Origin: Eukaryota sp. TZLM1-RC
Lineage: Eukaryota > Protista > Metamonada: BaSk clade
Direction of reading: 5' to 3'
Assembly: GCA_040285825.1 (NCBI GenBank)
Contig: JAUPSS010000009.1
Span: 434,001 to 498,000 of the forward strand
Length of the DNA stretch: 64,000 nucleotides
Under the pieces are notes generated by a model. The model had not been told where the DNA came from. It worked only from the letters and a program-made list of their open reading frames with translations, and made no database searches. Within the stretch, counting starts at the first letter, position 1. Each line of letters begins with the position of its first letter. Of the stretch, positions 23,184 through 36,307 are shown piece by piece. The translations under genes were made by a program, and so were the position numbers.

Positions 23184-23753
23184 ATGACTTCCAATTACAA
23201 ACAGCTGAAGGATGAAGCAAATATGCTTTTCAAGTCCAATGACTTGGACAATGCACTTGATCTTTACAAAAAATCTCTTCAACATCTTGACTGTTGTCCT
23301 CAAGAACCATCAGATGACTCAAACTTCCCCACTTATATACCTGAACATGCACCTCTTGCAGCAATTGTTCATAATAACATGTCATTGTGTTATCTCAAAC
23401 AGAATCAATACAATGAAGCCCTTAAACATTCAAGTGTTGCTATTCGGGATGATGCAGCAAAACCTAAGGCCCTTTACCGACAGGGAATGGCCCTTGCTGG
23501 TCTTGAACGCTACAGGGAAGCCGTCACCTCTCTAACAGAACATAAATCTCTAATGGCTGAAAGTAATGTAGATTCATTAATTTCTCGCTTTGAAACTCTG
23601 GCCCAGGAACAAGAGGAAAGACAAAAGAAGGAAGCTATTGATAAGTTGAAAGACTTGGGTTCATCTATTTTGGGTAAGTTTGGTCTTTCACTAGATAATT
23701 TTAAACTACAACAAGATTCTCAAGGTGGATATTCTGTGCAGTTTCAAAAGTAG
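23184..23753 (+). CDS. TTC1: Tetratricopeptide repeat protein 1-like
   Basis: Three TPRs plus C-terminal KLKDLGSSILGKFGLSLDNF..GGYSVQF. Confidence 0.85.
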   Translation: MTSNYKQLKDEANMLFKSNDLDNALDLYKKSLQHLDCCPQEPSDDSNFPTYIPEHAPLAAIVHNNMSLCYLKQNQYNEALKHSSVAIRDDAAKPKALYRQGMALAGLERYREAVTSLTEHKSLMAESNVDSLISRFETLAQEQEERQKKEAIDKLKDLGSSILGKFGLSLDNFKLQQDSQGGYSVQFQK

Positions 23754-24254
23754 TTTTTGCTCTAAAAGATTTGGTTTGAGTGTTTCTTTCAATATGATGG
23801 TCAATTTCTTCAAGTGTTTTGGTTAGTTCTTTTGTTCGTTACTTTCCTTGGTTATTGTTTTTGTAAACTTTAAGAATAAACGTTGAATGTCTCAACTTTA
23901 TATATTCATCAATACACAAAATGTGCTAGACAATGCATGGTTTAAGTTTAACGGTTTTTGAGTCTTATAAATGAAATTTCTGTGATACCGATCAAGTCAC
24001 CCTCGAATAAAACACTGCTGAAATTATGGATAAACTACACCTGGTGTGATCATTAAGAACAGTGTTTAATCAATCACAGTTTAAAGTTTTGGAGTTGAAA
24101 AACTAAGTTCATCAAATGGCAATAGTCACAATCAGAAACGAACTCAGTAAACACTGTTTTATCAACACCATCACAATAAGCCATAATTTTTCAATTCGTG
24201 ATTTGCTTCCAAACAGAGAAAAACCTCATTTCAAAGTTCCCTCTCAATTTAAAC

Positions 24255-26150
24255 ATGCTTACTGTCACTCTCCCCGATGGGTCTACTCGTGAAGTAGAGG
24301 CCAACTCTACCCCCTATGCACTTGCCAAATCAATTTCCAACTCTCTTGCTAAAACTGTCGTTGCTGCCAAGGTAAACGATGTCGTAGTCGATCTTACTCG
24401 CCCTCTAACCGAAAACTGCTCTATCAAGTTTCTCAAGTTTGATGACCCCGAAGGACACGAAGTCTTTTGGCACTCTGCGGCCCATGTTCTGGGTGAGGCT
24501 CTTCAACGTGTATTCAATGCAAAACTCTGTATCGGACCTGCCGTTGAAATGGGTTTCTACTATGATTGTCACTTTGATGGCAAGATTTCTGATTCCGATC
24601 TCCCCCGTATCCAAGCTGAGTGTGAGGCCATTGTGAAGGAACGTCAACCCTTTGAACGAATTGAAGCCACCAAGGAAGAATGTCTTGAAATGTTCAAGGA
24701 CAATCCATTTAAACTAGAAATAATTCAAGAACAAATTAAATCTGACGAAGTCATTACTGTTTATAAATGTGGGTCTTTCATTGATCTTTGCCGAGGTCCT
24801 CATTTACCCGATACTGGTTACATTAAGGCTTTTTGGGTCAACAGATGTTCAAGTGCTTATTGGAGGGGTGATCAGAGTAAGGAATCGCTGCAAAGAGTTT
24901 ATGGGGTTGCTTTTCCTGATAAGAAACAATTAAAAGAACATCAGAAAATACTAGAAGAGGCAGCAAAAAGAGACCATAGAGTATTGGGAAGCAAACAGAA
25001 GTTATTCTTTTTTTCGGATCTTTCTCCTGGCTCTCCATTCTTTTTACCTCATGGAACTCGTATTTATAGAAAATTAGAACAATTTATTCGTAATTTATAC
25101 CGCAAATATGGATATGATGAAGTACAGTGCCCCAATATGTTTGATCATTCATTATGGATAACATCGGGACATTGGCAGTTTTACAAGGATGACATGTTTA
25201 CTTTAAATGTTGATAAAAACGAGTGGGCCTTAAAACCAATGAATTGTCCTGGCCATTGTCTTTTATTTAAACATCAAAAACATTCATATCGTGAACTCCC
25301 TTTCCGTTGTGCGGAATTTGGGGTATTGCATAGAAATGAAGCATCTGGCGCTCTCTCGGGCCTCTCTAGAGTACGTCGCTTTGTCCAAGACGATGCACAT
25401 ATCTTTTGTCGTAGGGATCAAATCTATGACGAAGTTTTAGGTGTGTTGAGATTTGTTGAAGAAGTTTATGGAATTCTAGATCTTCCTGTTGAGTTTGTCC
25501 TCTCTACACGACCTGAGAAGTTCTTGGGTGATCTCAGTGTGTGGGAAGCTGCTGAAGACCAACTAACACAAAGTCTAAAGGACTTTGGTAAAGCTTTTGA
25601 TGTTGATCCTCAAGGTGGTGCTTTCTATGGTCCCAAGATTGACATCAATGTCACTGATGCCCTTAAACGTAAACATCAATGTGCAACAATTCAGCTTGAT
25701 TTTAATATGCCTGAACGATTTGATCTCACATTCAATGCTGAGGAAGGGTATGATCGACCAGTCATGATCCATAGAGCTATTCTCGGTTCACTAGAAAGAT
25801 TCATGGCGATGGCTCTGGAACATTTAGGAGGTAAGTGGCCTTTTTGGCTCTCTCCACGTCAAATCTGTGTTGTTCCTGTTTCCTCACCGTTTGATGGTTA
25901 TGCTGAAAAAGTACGTGATGTACTTCACAATGAAGGTTTCTTTGTTGATGCTGATTTAAGTAATAGAAAACTAGCAAAGAAAGTTCGTGAGGCTCAGCTT
26001 GAACAATATAATTATATTCTTGTGGTCGGAGCAGAAGAACAAGAGAAGGAGACAGTCAATATTAGAACCAGGGATAACGTGGTTCATGGAGAACGTACCA
26101 TTCAGGAAGCTGTTGGTGAGTTTAAGGAAGCTTTGGTTAACTTTAAATAG
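24255..26150 (+). CDS. TARS1: Threonyl-tRNA synthetase, eukaryotic cytosolic type
   Basis: TGS domain, HSAAH, DLCRGPH, KPMNCPGHC, FYGPKID, HRAILGS. Confidence 0.98.
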   Translation: MLTVTLPDGSTREVEANSTPYALAKSISNSLAKTVVAAKVNDVVVDLTRPLTENCSIKFLKFDDPEGHEVFWHSAAHVLGEALQRVFNAKLCIGPAVEMGFYYDCHFDGKISDSDLPRIQAECEAIVKERQPFERIEATKEECLEMFKDNPFKLEIIQEQIKSDEVITVYKCGSFIDLCRGPHLPDTGYIKAFWVNRCSSAYWRGDQSKESLQRVYGVAFPDKKQLKEHQKILEEAAKRDHRVLGSKQKLFFFSDLSPGSPFFLPHGTRIYRKLEQFIRNLYRKYGYDEVQCPNMFDHSLWITSGHWQFYKDDMFTLNVDKNEWALKPMNCPGHCLLFKHQKHSYRELPFRCAEFGVLHRNEASGALSGLSRVRRFVQDDAHIFCRRDQIYDEVLGVLRFVEEVYGILDLPVEFVLSTRPEKFLGDLSVWEAAEDQLTQSLKDFGKAFDVDPQGGAFYGPKIDINVTDALKRKHQCATIQLDFNMPERFDLTFNAEEGYDRPVMIHRAILGSLERFMAMALEHLGGKWPFWLSPRQICVVPVSSPFDGYAEKVRDVLHNEGFFVDADLSNRKLAKKVREAQLEQYNYILVVGAEEQEKETVNIRTRDNVVHGERTIQEAVGEFKEALVNFK

Positions 26151-27229
26151 TTTTAGTTTTGATTTAATATAGTTTATTTTGTTTTGTTTATCAGATGCAC
26201 TTATTGTATTTGGAAAATGCACACTTTAGAGAATAGTACATCGTCATGTCAGTTATTTGTGTCCAATTTCTCAGTATTTTGAATTTCTGTTTTATTCGAG
26301 AGAAATCAATAATAAATTTGAACTGATGACTCCCTGAATTGTTTGGGTTACTGCGCTCCCCATATACGACAACCTGTGATTTGAAACTCCTATGGAGGAA
26401 TGATTAACAGAATGAAAATAGAAAAGATTTTCGACTTGACACCAACACAAAATCCTTCTCCGAATGCAAATAAGAAAACACAACTAAAGTAATTTACTTT
26501 TCAGCGACTCGCTGCTCCCTGACAGGCACAAGAATTGAAAAAACTTTCAAAGGAAATAATTGCAAATACATCCAATATAACTGTAATAGAGAGGGAAAAA
26601 GCAACTTTTCTCACCATAGTGGATCTTTTTATTTCAATAATAAATTGAAGAGTCATTGAGTTGCAGAGATTCATGGTCAGAGAGAGGTTTGATGCAAAAT
26701 GGATCAATGAATTTGAAATTAAGTTTGGAGGTTCAAAGAATAACATAGCTTTGATGTATGAATAGAAGCAAACCAATTTCAACAAAGCATTGTGTTGTAC
26801 TGTGGACAATTAGTCTAGTACATTTATATTTATATAACATAGTTCACTAGTGATGGCCTTTATAAGGGCCGGTGAAATTCTAATAAATTATTCCTTATTC
26901 TTTGTTATCATATATGGATAAAGCATCAATTGGTCACCTACAAGGAATCTTGGTTATCGAAAGTTGTGTAAAACACAATTTCTTCTACATAGACATGGGC
27001 GTATGTCGAACAAGTTTTCGATGTTATGGATGTGTACTCGAGGGGAAAGAAGGCGAAAATGTAAATCAAAAATCAAATCAAATAGAATAGAATAACTCAT
27101 TCAAGAATTTCGTAGGAGAGCAAAGACACCAATTGTCTTTAAACATGGATTACTCACTTGTAAGCAGTGTAGATGTCCTGAAAATCATATGTTAATTTTA
27201 ATGTTAATTGATGGGAAAAATTTTTTTCT

Positions 27230-27490
27230 CTATTTAGTTCACTTGCTCCCACGGCTATACGGTTTTTGGCAGATTGTGAAATGATTGTAAAGAGAAGAAC
27301 TAACAGAAATTTCAACAGATTGTTTTGGCAAAATAGAATTGTGTTTTCTATATTTAAGGGGATGTTGAAGATGGTTTCTGATGCTTTAATTTCTCTTGGA
27401 TCTCACTATGAAAGAGTTGCATTTAGTTGTTTTGTTTTGGCAGAGCTGGATTATTTATATTTTGATTTATAAGTTTTTTAATAAATGATT
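27230..27490 (+). mobile_element. 3'-end fragment of a non-LTR retrotransposon (family ending LDYLxxDL*)
   Basis: Near-identical to 36308-36560 on the opposite strand; FWQNRIVFSIFKG. Confidence 0.75.
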
Positions 27491-27578
27491 CAAAAAAATT
27501 TGTGGGATATCAAACTTGGTTCTGGGAGGTTTTCACTTTTTCATTCATTTCACCAGCAATCCCAACAACTATTAGACG

Positions 27579-27989
27579 ATGTCTTCAGGTTCTAGTCATC
27601 CTCAACCCTCTCCTTCGCAACTCTGCCAAGACTGCCACCAGTTCTTTGGCTCTGCTGAAACTGCCTACCGTTGTAGTGTGTGTTACAAAAACTACCAACA
27701 ACGTCATCCTGAGTTAGTGTCAGGCACTTCTCCCACTCGTACGGAGTCTTCTCCGCCGGAAGCTGTGTCCCCTTCTCAACAGCCCGCAGTCGAGCAAAAG
27801 GACAAAACTCGTTGCTATTCATGTAACAAGAAGCTAAACCTTCTCGGCATTAACTGCCGCTGTGGTGCTGTGGTCTGCTCTACCCATAGAAACAGACATA
27901 ATTGTACATATGATTACCGTTCTGAGCAACAGGCCAAACTAAAGCAAGATATACCAAAGGTTGCACCAAGTTCGGTTTCAAAGCTATAG
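27579..27989 (+). CDS. A20/AN1 zinc-finger stress-associated protein
   Basis: CQDC..FFGS..CSVCYK and RCYSCNKKL..CRCG..CSTHR..HNC.YDY. Confidence 0.93.
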   Translation: MSSGSSHPQPSPSQLCQDCHQFFGSAETAYRCSVCYKNYQQRHPELVSGTSPTRTESSPPEAVSPSQQPAVEQKDKTRCYSCNKKLNLLGINCRCGAVVCSTHRNRHNCTYDYRSEQQAKLKQDIPKVAPSSVSKL

Positions 27990-28689
27990 AATTTGTTTTT
28001 GTTGGTTTTTTTGGTTTTTTTGCGTTTGAACAAAATAAATATTCTATTTGACATTTTTAACCCTTGGAAACATTGCTTGAGGTAGTAGCTTGAGATTCCC
28101 CAATGAAACCCCAAAATTTCAAATAAATTCCCATATCGCTTTCCTTTATCTATTAATTTCTTAAGTTTCTGTTCTTTATTTCTCTATAACGTTGCAAGTG
28201 TTCAGTTTTGGTAATTGAGTTTAGGGTAGGACCAGCTGCTGAGCAACTACAACATTCATGTTTAATATGAACGAGTACCCTGTACTAACTTCGTCACAAT
28301 CAGCACCACAACGAATTTCCTCCTGTATTCAACTGAATGTAAGATATAATTCACTGAAACAAATTATAAACTTGAATCTTTAGAAAATTTAGAGAAATTT
28401 TATCAAGATAGATAGCAAAATCCTAGGAAATACTCACTTGTTCTCAGATCAATGGTTATATTTTCTGTCTGCCTTGTTAGTTTTTTGCACTTCAGTTGTT
28501 CAAAAGAGTGTTCTCTTCAGTAGTGATTCTATTCTAGAGAAGTTGAGAGTACCAAAAATGTTGATTTGCATAACATAACCAATGCTACACCAGGAATCAA
28601 CATGGTGTTGTTGAATTCTCAGTGTCAAATAGTACTGAGTGGTTTAACTGAACTTTTATTGATCTTGCACACTTAATAATATTTATTCA

Positions 28690-29530
28690 TAACTAATGGG
28701 ACGAATATCATTGAACCAAGATTTCCTCTACAAAATATTGATCTGCTTGCTGTATAGCTAAAGCTTCTCTACCTTGATTGAAAAACCGAGGTAATCTATT
28801 AATAAGTGCAAATTGAATCCGAGAGCGTCATAAAAAAATATAAAATCTTTTCATTGTGTTTTCTTGAACCATTTTTTTGGAAATCATTCAAAAAAGTTAC
28901 TGCTTCTACTGATAGTCTTTCGTTTATCAAAAATGGGAAAGCTATGAAAACTAGTTGTGTATTTCTACCAGCATTAGCTTCGATATCTTTGTCATATACT
29001 CTATATTTTTCTTTTGCTTTAAAATCAAGAGCATCTACAGGATTAAGATTTCTTCTTCTGGTTTTTGAACCAAAGTGTCATATGCAACATTTCATTTCAA
29101 ATTAATTTCATTTTTTAAGTGTCATTTCAGGAGACAAAGTCAGCAACAGCTTCAGAGTTCTCAATCCAATCACAGTATGCATCACATCTATCATCAGAAC
29201 CAAAATTATTCAATGACAGTGTTTCTTTCAGCAGAGGCTAACGATAAGTTATCAATTTCAAACAATTCAGAGCATGTCGCAAAGTGAGCTGTGGTGAATT
29301 CGAACAAATACATTTTTCTTTTGATAATAATTGATCAATGGGGATATTCAAATAAAATCTCATTTTTGTTACAAAAGCTTCATTAGGTGCACACAATCCA
29401 AATCATCGTGGTACAATGGTTGCAAACAGTGAAGAATATGATGACTGGTTTTCAAAAACACCCTTTTCCAATGACAATGAGTGAAGATCTTGATTTAAAA
29501 AAGCCGATCTGCATATATTATAACTGAGTG
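28690..29530 (-). mobile_element. Degenerate non-LTR retrotransposon 3' fragment (same family as 18986-20499)
   Basis: Reverse-complement similarity to 19700-20520 (e.g. tagattacctcggtttttcaatc, aatcttggttcaatga). Confidence 0.8.
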
Positions 29531-29921
29531 GTCGCATTCAATTCAACCAACATCTATTCTATTTGGATAATCTTCAACAGTATTTTCTTTCACTGGTTCT
29601 CACCACACTTTTTGTCATTGTTGCTGCTTCTGCCTGATATGATCCAGTTTTCTGTTAGTTTGAGGCAATGTACAAATACAACTATTTTTTGATAATAAAC
29701 TTTCCGACAAATATTCACCAAATAAAATCATACATGGAAGATAATACACTTTCACTGCCACAACGAGAAAGAAATCAGTTCACGAAGGTTTTAATTTATG
29801 AATTTCGAATTTAAGCTTGTCAACTGCTGAGACATGTGGTTAATGAGCACTGTCAACTGCTCTGAGCCTTCCTGGACTGTTGAGCGTCGTTCCATAACTT
29901 CTCCTCTTAATTCCCAACCCA

Positions 29922-31910
29922 ATGCCCAAACTGTTTGTTAACAGAGTTCTATCTCCCTACTATCAGGGTACTGAGAACGTTCAGTCAACACTGGACAGGC
30001 TGCAAACAATATTCCTTGTGTTGCTGCCGATCTACGACATTCTTGTTCGTCTTTTTGACTGTCCAACAATCCAAAAGTGTTTCGACCAATAGGAATCTTG
30101 GTGTGAAATCAGTATCAAGTTCCTACCACAACCTTCTCCTCACCTTTTCTGGCGAGGTTTATGGTTGGGGGTGCAATGATAGGGGTCGAGTTCCGATCAA
30201 CGGACCTGAAACAATTCAAGTACCAAGTAGGTTACTTTTAACTAATATGTTTCCATTTCAGTTGGTGAATATCACTCCCTTGCACTCTCTTCTGATTGTA
30301 CATTATTTGGTTGGGACTGGCTCTACTAAGATTTCTTTTTTCTGTGCTCACGGAGATTCGGATCTTGTAGTAAAAGAGAAGAAGAAAGTTGGTCCAAATT
30401 TGGATTTATTAACTTTGATTAGTATTCTGGTGAAGGCCTGTTTCTCACAGGCAGGATTCCTGTCAATTGTTACATAAGGCCTAGAAATTCTCTGAATTCT
30501 CCTTTTTTACTCGATTTTGAGTTCCTATATGTTATTGATGCTAATGATGAAATCTGGAGGTTTGACAAGGGGCACGATGATGTTCCTTTCAATAACAAAC
30601 CCACCAAATGTTTAGGGTTGAGTAGTATTGTTTCTGTTAGTGGTTTTGATGGTATTTATGTTGCCATTGGCAAAAAGGGTAAAGTTTTTGTTTGGGGTGA
30701 TTTGAGTAGAATGAGTGATGTTTATGAAGATAGTGAAGAAACCAAGATGTATCGAAGCTTCTACTAATATAGAAGTTATTTCAGTTGGTTTTGATTATCT
30801 TTACGCTTACAACAAAAACTCTGTTTGGGCTTGGGGAAAGAATGATCAAGGTCAATTAGGTACAGGTGATTTGATTGATCGACATGAACCTGTTTAAGTA
30901 CTTGGATCTGAAATACTTGGCAGTGTCCAGTATCCCCAACAACCTTTGGATAGATTGTTCAGTGGTCTTATTAAGCTTGTTTATTGAGAATATTTAAATT
31001 ATTTGAAAGATTTATTTGGAAATCATCCGTATGTCAAAGCCAGATTTATCAGCAAATGCTTAATTAGCAATAGATTGGTTAATCTAGGTGAAACAGTGCT
31101 CAATAATTATTCTATTCGAGATTTGGTGTTTTTAAACCAATCTATTTGTGATTTACAATTGCGATTAACCACTGACTACAATGGTCCCAGAGTAATTAAT
31201 ATTAGAATTAAAAAACTTGATGTTTTCCATGATGAAGTTGATTATGATCCACAATTATTGTCGTTTTTCCCAAATGTTGAGGTTGTTAAGCTTGGTGGAT
31301 TTCTATCTCTCGAAAATCACCTAAATTTGGCACATTTGTCAAAGCTCAATTATCTAGAGCTTACTTTTCCTTTCAATATAGTGTTGGCGCCCTAAGGCTT
31401 ATATAATATGAATAGACAATAAATCAGACTTCTCTTTACTACAATAGACTTTAGGCAACAATAGAACAATTACCCACTTCACTAGTGAAGTTAGTACTTT
31501 ATTTATTTTTGTTTGTACAATACACTTATACTGAATTAAGCTATCCTACCTCGCTAAAAGAGTTAGTGATATTTGATAATGATGTTTCAGAACGAATAGT
31601 AAAAGGTCAAATTTCTTTACCTCAATTCATTGTCAGACTATATTTACTACTAGAAGATCTTGTTAATATTGAAATTAAAGTACCAAATTTGAAGGAATTG
31701 GTAATTCATGGTATGGTTCCTACCAATATCACTGAACAAAATTTTCCTTCATTGAAGTTCATTCAATTGATTAGACCAGAAGGGGTGAAGTTGTCAAAAA
31801 ATTTTAATGAAGATTAATTAAAATTTGTGAAATCAATCAAGAATGGTTACTTATATGAATTATCTTGTTTTCCATGGTTGGTAGAGTGTTCATTAAAACC
31901 CATTTAGATG
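29922..31910 (+). pseudogene. RCC1-repeat plus leucine-rich-repeat-like gene, degraded, with a solo LTR insertion
   Basis: GEVYGWGCND.G, VFVWG, VWAWGKNDQGQLGTGD; LPTSLVKL-type repeats; multiple stops and frameshifts. Confidence 0.75.
31382..31460 (+). mobile_element. Solo LTR of the element 1 family, TSD ATAG
   Basis: 79 bp, 2 mismatches to 3613-3691 (inverted); ATAG at 31378-31381 and 31461-31464. Confidence 0.95.
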
Positions 31911-32099
31911 AACCTGTCGAACAGTTGTAGTGACTTTGGATGTATTAATTTTTTTTGAAAAATTAATAAAGTCTCTTTGCATAAATTACAACATCTAATA
32001 AACATTGTGCTGAACAAATGGTTCAAAAATAATCTCTGGGACACATTTTGAGGCCTATTGATGGACTTGTTTGCTAGACAACCACCATTTTCACATTAC

Positions 32100-33921
32100 A
32101 AGTGTTAGTGAGTAAATTGACTTATAAATTGACAACTAAACAATTTTGCACCCAAAATGCACATACTCAAAATCAGGGAAAGTACACCGTGCTTATGAAA
32201 ACGTTGGGAATTATGCCCTTTTGTCCTCGATTATTTTACTACTAATTAAGTGGTACAGGATTCAAATTCCTGTACTTTTCATTTATGTGCAAAAAAGTAA
32301 TTTCATTTCATCTACTTTTGAATGGGTGACAAACACAAAACACCGCTGTCTACTGTATTTATGAATTTAGCCTTTGACAATTTCAAGACAAGTGTACGCT
32401 GATGATAGAGATATTTTGAATTCCCGGATACATGCACGTTAAACAAATTCAGCGATTCCTCATGTGTTGAAGTGGAACTTCACAGCCATGTGTCAGAATA
32501 CTGCCGTCAAAGAAGTAACCATTTGTATTGTTGGTCACATCACTATGCTGCATGTTGAGAACTTTTCCCAACTTTTTTAAGGATTATTTTCAATGAGTTT
32601 TAAGTATTGAGAAAAATTTTTGACCAGCATCGAATTCTTTTTCAATATTATCAACTATTGGTTTCACCATCTCGTGTTTTTCTGGCGAATAATGATTCTT
32701 TTTGACCTCCAAAGCAATGATGAACCAGCGGCAAAAATGTTGACAGAAGAGTTACTGAATATTGACCATTTAGGACGTGCGAAATGATACAAAATTGGAG
32801 TCAGTTTTTGGTAGATTGAGGGTAACTGAGGGTAATAGTGGTCAATATAAATGCCAGCCATTATTGGTCTTATAGTTTGAGCATTTTGGGCCGTTAGTTT
32901 ACCCTTAATTTTTTTGATCAGCTGTTGAAGAAAATCATTGACATCAGACTTGCTCTTTTTTGTTGTTTTAAATGACTATTTTTGTTAAATGTGTGATAAA
33001 TATGTCCTTCTCACAATTTTCTCAATATTAACTATTATATTTCAAATAACTGTTTGAACATTTAGGTCATGAACCAAATTTCTGAAACCACAATTGATAA
33101 TTTTCATTTAAGTTAACAGTTACTTGTTTTTACTTTAATAGCCTATAAATATCAGCTTTCAAGAAATAGTTTGTAGTTTCGAAAACCAAAAGAGCATCCT
33201 GAAGACAATACTGAAGCAATTCTTCGTCCCTAGAAGACCAAGCATCTACAATGGCCTCCAACATCAGTAACGACAAAAGTGATAATATAATCGGTGAATG
33301 TCACAAAATTTGTTTCTTCTAAGTAACCAATTGCGATAGATTTGAGTCGAACTCCGCAATCATTATAGCGATAAGTGTTGTAGTATTTGTTCAACAGAAA
33401 CGTTAGGTGGCTTTGAGAAAATCTTTGTCTTTTGACTCTCAATATCCTTAATGTGACCTAATTTTGTTAATTTTTTTAAAATGAATTTACCATCAATTGT
33501 TGACCTTTTAGAACTTAGGATCAAAATGGCGATAAATTGATTGTCTCTTTTGACTTCTTTTGACTAGTTTGTGTTTTGCGCTGTCTTTTTGATACCCAAA
33601 AGTGGCCAAAAATTTACAATATTTCACGTTTTGTCTGTACTCAATTTCAGAGTTTGTCTCAATGTCAACACACCAAAAATTGACATTATCGGAATGAAAC
33701 ATTTCTAATGAGTTAAGATCATTAGTGTGTTCTGCAGCTTCATCCAAATGCAGATCATCCTGTGGAAAACACTCATTAATAGACAATTGTGGAGTTGTCT
33801 CAGGTGATTCTCAAGTGTCACGAGGTTATTTGGTCTTTCGAGTAACTGCAGAAGCTCTACTTCTAGAAGTTGTTTTAAGTTTTGTAGTTGCAGAAATAGT
33901 TGATGTACGTTTAGATGTCAT
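32100..33921 (-). pseudogene. Highly degraded ORF, possibly a family-B DNA polymerase relic
   Basis: CVDIET (ExoI-like, 33655-33672), ELLQYCLQDALLV (ExoIII-like, ~33196-33210), later GIY..PSI and KGIIP-like pieces. Confidence 0.35.
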
Positions 33922-34633
33922 AAAAATTAAACAATAGTGAAGGAGTAAATGGAATTAAAAACTCATAATCAGTTTAATATAAAATGCGAAACTTTACGGG
34001 CTTTTTCAAGAACTTTTGTACAAAGGTTGTGAATTTAAATACAAAGTTTAGTTTGAAGTTTTATATGAATATGACAAGTCAGGTTACAGTTCTGGACAAA
34101 TTGTTCCTTCTTTTTTTACACCATATATGTTTTCGAAACTTCAACACTTAATGAAATGGAATCAAAACTAATGGGACTGAATTCAATGAAACAAGATTTG
34201 CTCTACCAAATCCTGATCTGCTTATTTTCTCGAAAAGAATAATTTCCCGAAAGATAAAAGATTAAACAATATGAACAATTGTATTGTGGGATTACCTAAC
34301 AAATTGTTATAAATGTATTAAAAAATGATATTTTTGTCGTGATTACTGATTCACAGAATAAAAAAACAAGGTCTTGTTCTTTTTGTTATGATTTTAATCA
34401 AATTGAAATGTATTGCATCAGTGACAGAATTCTGTTATTATTTCATTTTATATGAGTTATATGCTGATGACATTTAATGCGCCACTTGGGTCAAATCATT
34501 GAAGACGAACCAATGAAGAATATTGTTGAGAAATCGACATTATTTACGATATGGAGGATAAAAATAGATTTGACAATCATCTACATTCAAAAAACGCTGA
34601 TACTACCACTTGACATTGTTCTGCTTCTAACAT

Positions 34634-35881
34634 ATGTCATCAACTAAGAAAGACATTACCCCTGGTCAACGGGTCGTCCTAATTTTGAAGTTTCTCTGCG
34701 GATCTGGAGTCAGTCCTGACTTTCTTTTAGGTATATTCACTATTATTGTTGCTGCCGCTTTATGTGTTGTCTCCGTTTATAGTGTTGTCTTTAATAACCG
34801 AATTATCGGCATGTTGTCATTCTTTGTCTCTGCTCTGTTTTTCATGGTTTTTTTTGGTGCCAAATCGCTCTTTTACGAACCAGTAACTGCCATGTTGAAA
34901 GATCATACAGTCTTTGGACTTTTAGCATCGTTACTTATTATAGCAAATGGTCTCATTTTTGTAGGCAATGCTGTTTGGTTTATAAACTACATGGCCGGTC
35001 TCTTCTTTTACATAATGTTTGGACCCGTTGAGTGGTTTAGTTTTTGGAATATTCCATGCGCTTCAGGAAGCGGAACGTGTAATATCTATCATGATGTTCC
35101 GTGGTCTGACTTTAGTGGAGAATTCTGGTCATCAATGATGATGCTCTTCAGTCTTCAAATCTACGCAGCTGGTGGTTTAGTGGCCTTGCTCGCCTTTCCC
35201 GTCTATTCGTTCTTCATTTTGTTAGGTTTTGCGGTGTCCGATAAAACTGAAGATTTCTTTGGCGATGTGAATGATTCCCAGCAGTCTAGTGGCTGCTCTC
35301 GTTTTTTCCAGTTTGTGTTTTGCTCTAGCTTGCCGGGAAGATATGCCTGGATGATTTTGTTGAGTGCCCATGTTCCCATCTCTTTTATTTACAGTTTTAG
35401 ATACCAATGGCCTGAGTCATTTTACTTGCACGCTTTGATTCTCGGTTCGGGTATTGTTCACTTTTCTTTATGGTCCATTTCCCATTATGGGAAATCTGGA
35501 TTTGACTCAATTAAGGAGAATGTTTCAAAGATTGTAAATTACACATATCACCAGGGTTTTGTTTTTGTCGGATTTATTAGTTATCCCTTGATTCTTGGCT
35601 ATTTGGGTGTTCTTGTTACTTTACTTTACTTTTTGATTGACCCAAATGCAGATAGGTTCTTCTTCCTTGAAACAAATGACTTGGAATGGCCACTTTCCAT
35701 TTCTGTCCTCCTTTTGGCAATTGCCAATATTGGTATCGTTATGGCAATTGTTGGATTTATTGTTGGATTCATTTTAATGATAGTGAAAAAGGTTAAAAAT
35801 ACCATTAAACAGTATAAGCAATTTGAACGAGAGTACGTTGAGAATATGGAAAAAAAGACGGAAAACCCTATTTATGCTTAG
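34634..35881 (+). CDS. Multi-pass membrane protein of unknown function
   Basis: 415-aa intact ORF with ~9 hydrophobic segments and a charged C-tail. Confidence 0.8.
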   Translation: MSSTKKDITPGQRVVLILKFLCGSGVSPDFLLGIFTIIVAAALCVVSVYSVVFNNRIIGMLSFFVSALFFMVFFGAKSLFYEPVTAMLKDHTVFGLLASLLIIANGLIFVGNAVWFINYMAGLFFYIMFGPVEWFSFWNIPCASGSGTCNIYHDVPWSDFSGEFWSSMMMLFSLQIYAAGGLVALLAFPVYSFFILLGFAVSDKTEDFFGDVNDSQQSSGCSRFFQFVFCSSLPGRYAWMILLSAHVPISFIYSFRYQWPESFYLHALILGSGIVHFSLWSISHYGKSGFDSIKENVSKIVNYTYHQGFVFVGFISYPLILGYLGVLVTLLYFLIDPNADRFFFLETNDLEWPLSISVLLLAIANIGIVMAIVGFIVGFILMIVKKVKNTIKQYKQFEREYVENMEKKTENPIYA

Positions 35882-36307
35882 TTTTTTGTATATAATTTTT
35901 CTAATAAATATTATTTTGAGTGATTGGATTAATCTAAAATTGATTTATTAATAACAATTATAATCAATAACAATCATCATGAAGCTATTCAAGACATTCC
36001 AGACGGAAGTTTGTTCTCATTGAAGTTTGCGATGCTTTTAAATTTAATAGATGATGTCACAACAATATCTATCAAAACACCATCCATGGTGTATTGTTAT
36101 TCATATGACAGATAATTCTGGCACAATGCAGCTTTAAGACTTTCACCTGTGTGGTAACTAGTCAAAATAATGAACAAATTTCAAATTTCTCACTTCTACT
36201 TCAATCAGTCACAATGATGTCATAACATCATATCCATTCATACAGTAATATGTCACAGACCACATGTTTAAGGTGTGTATGCTTTTTTTTATTTTTTTAT
36301 TAAAAAC

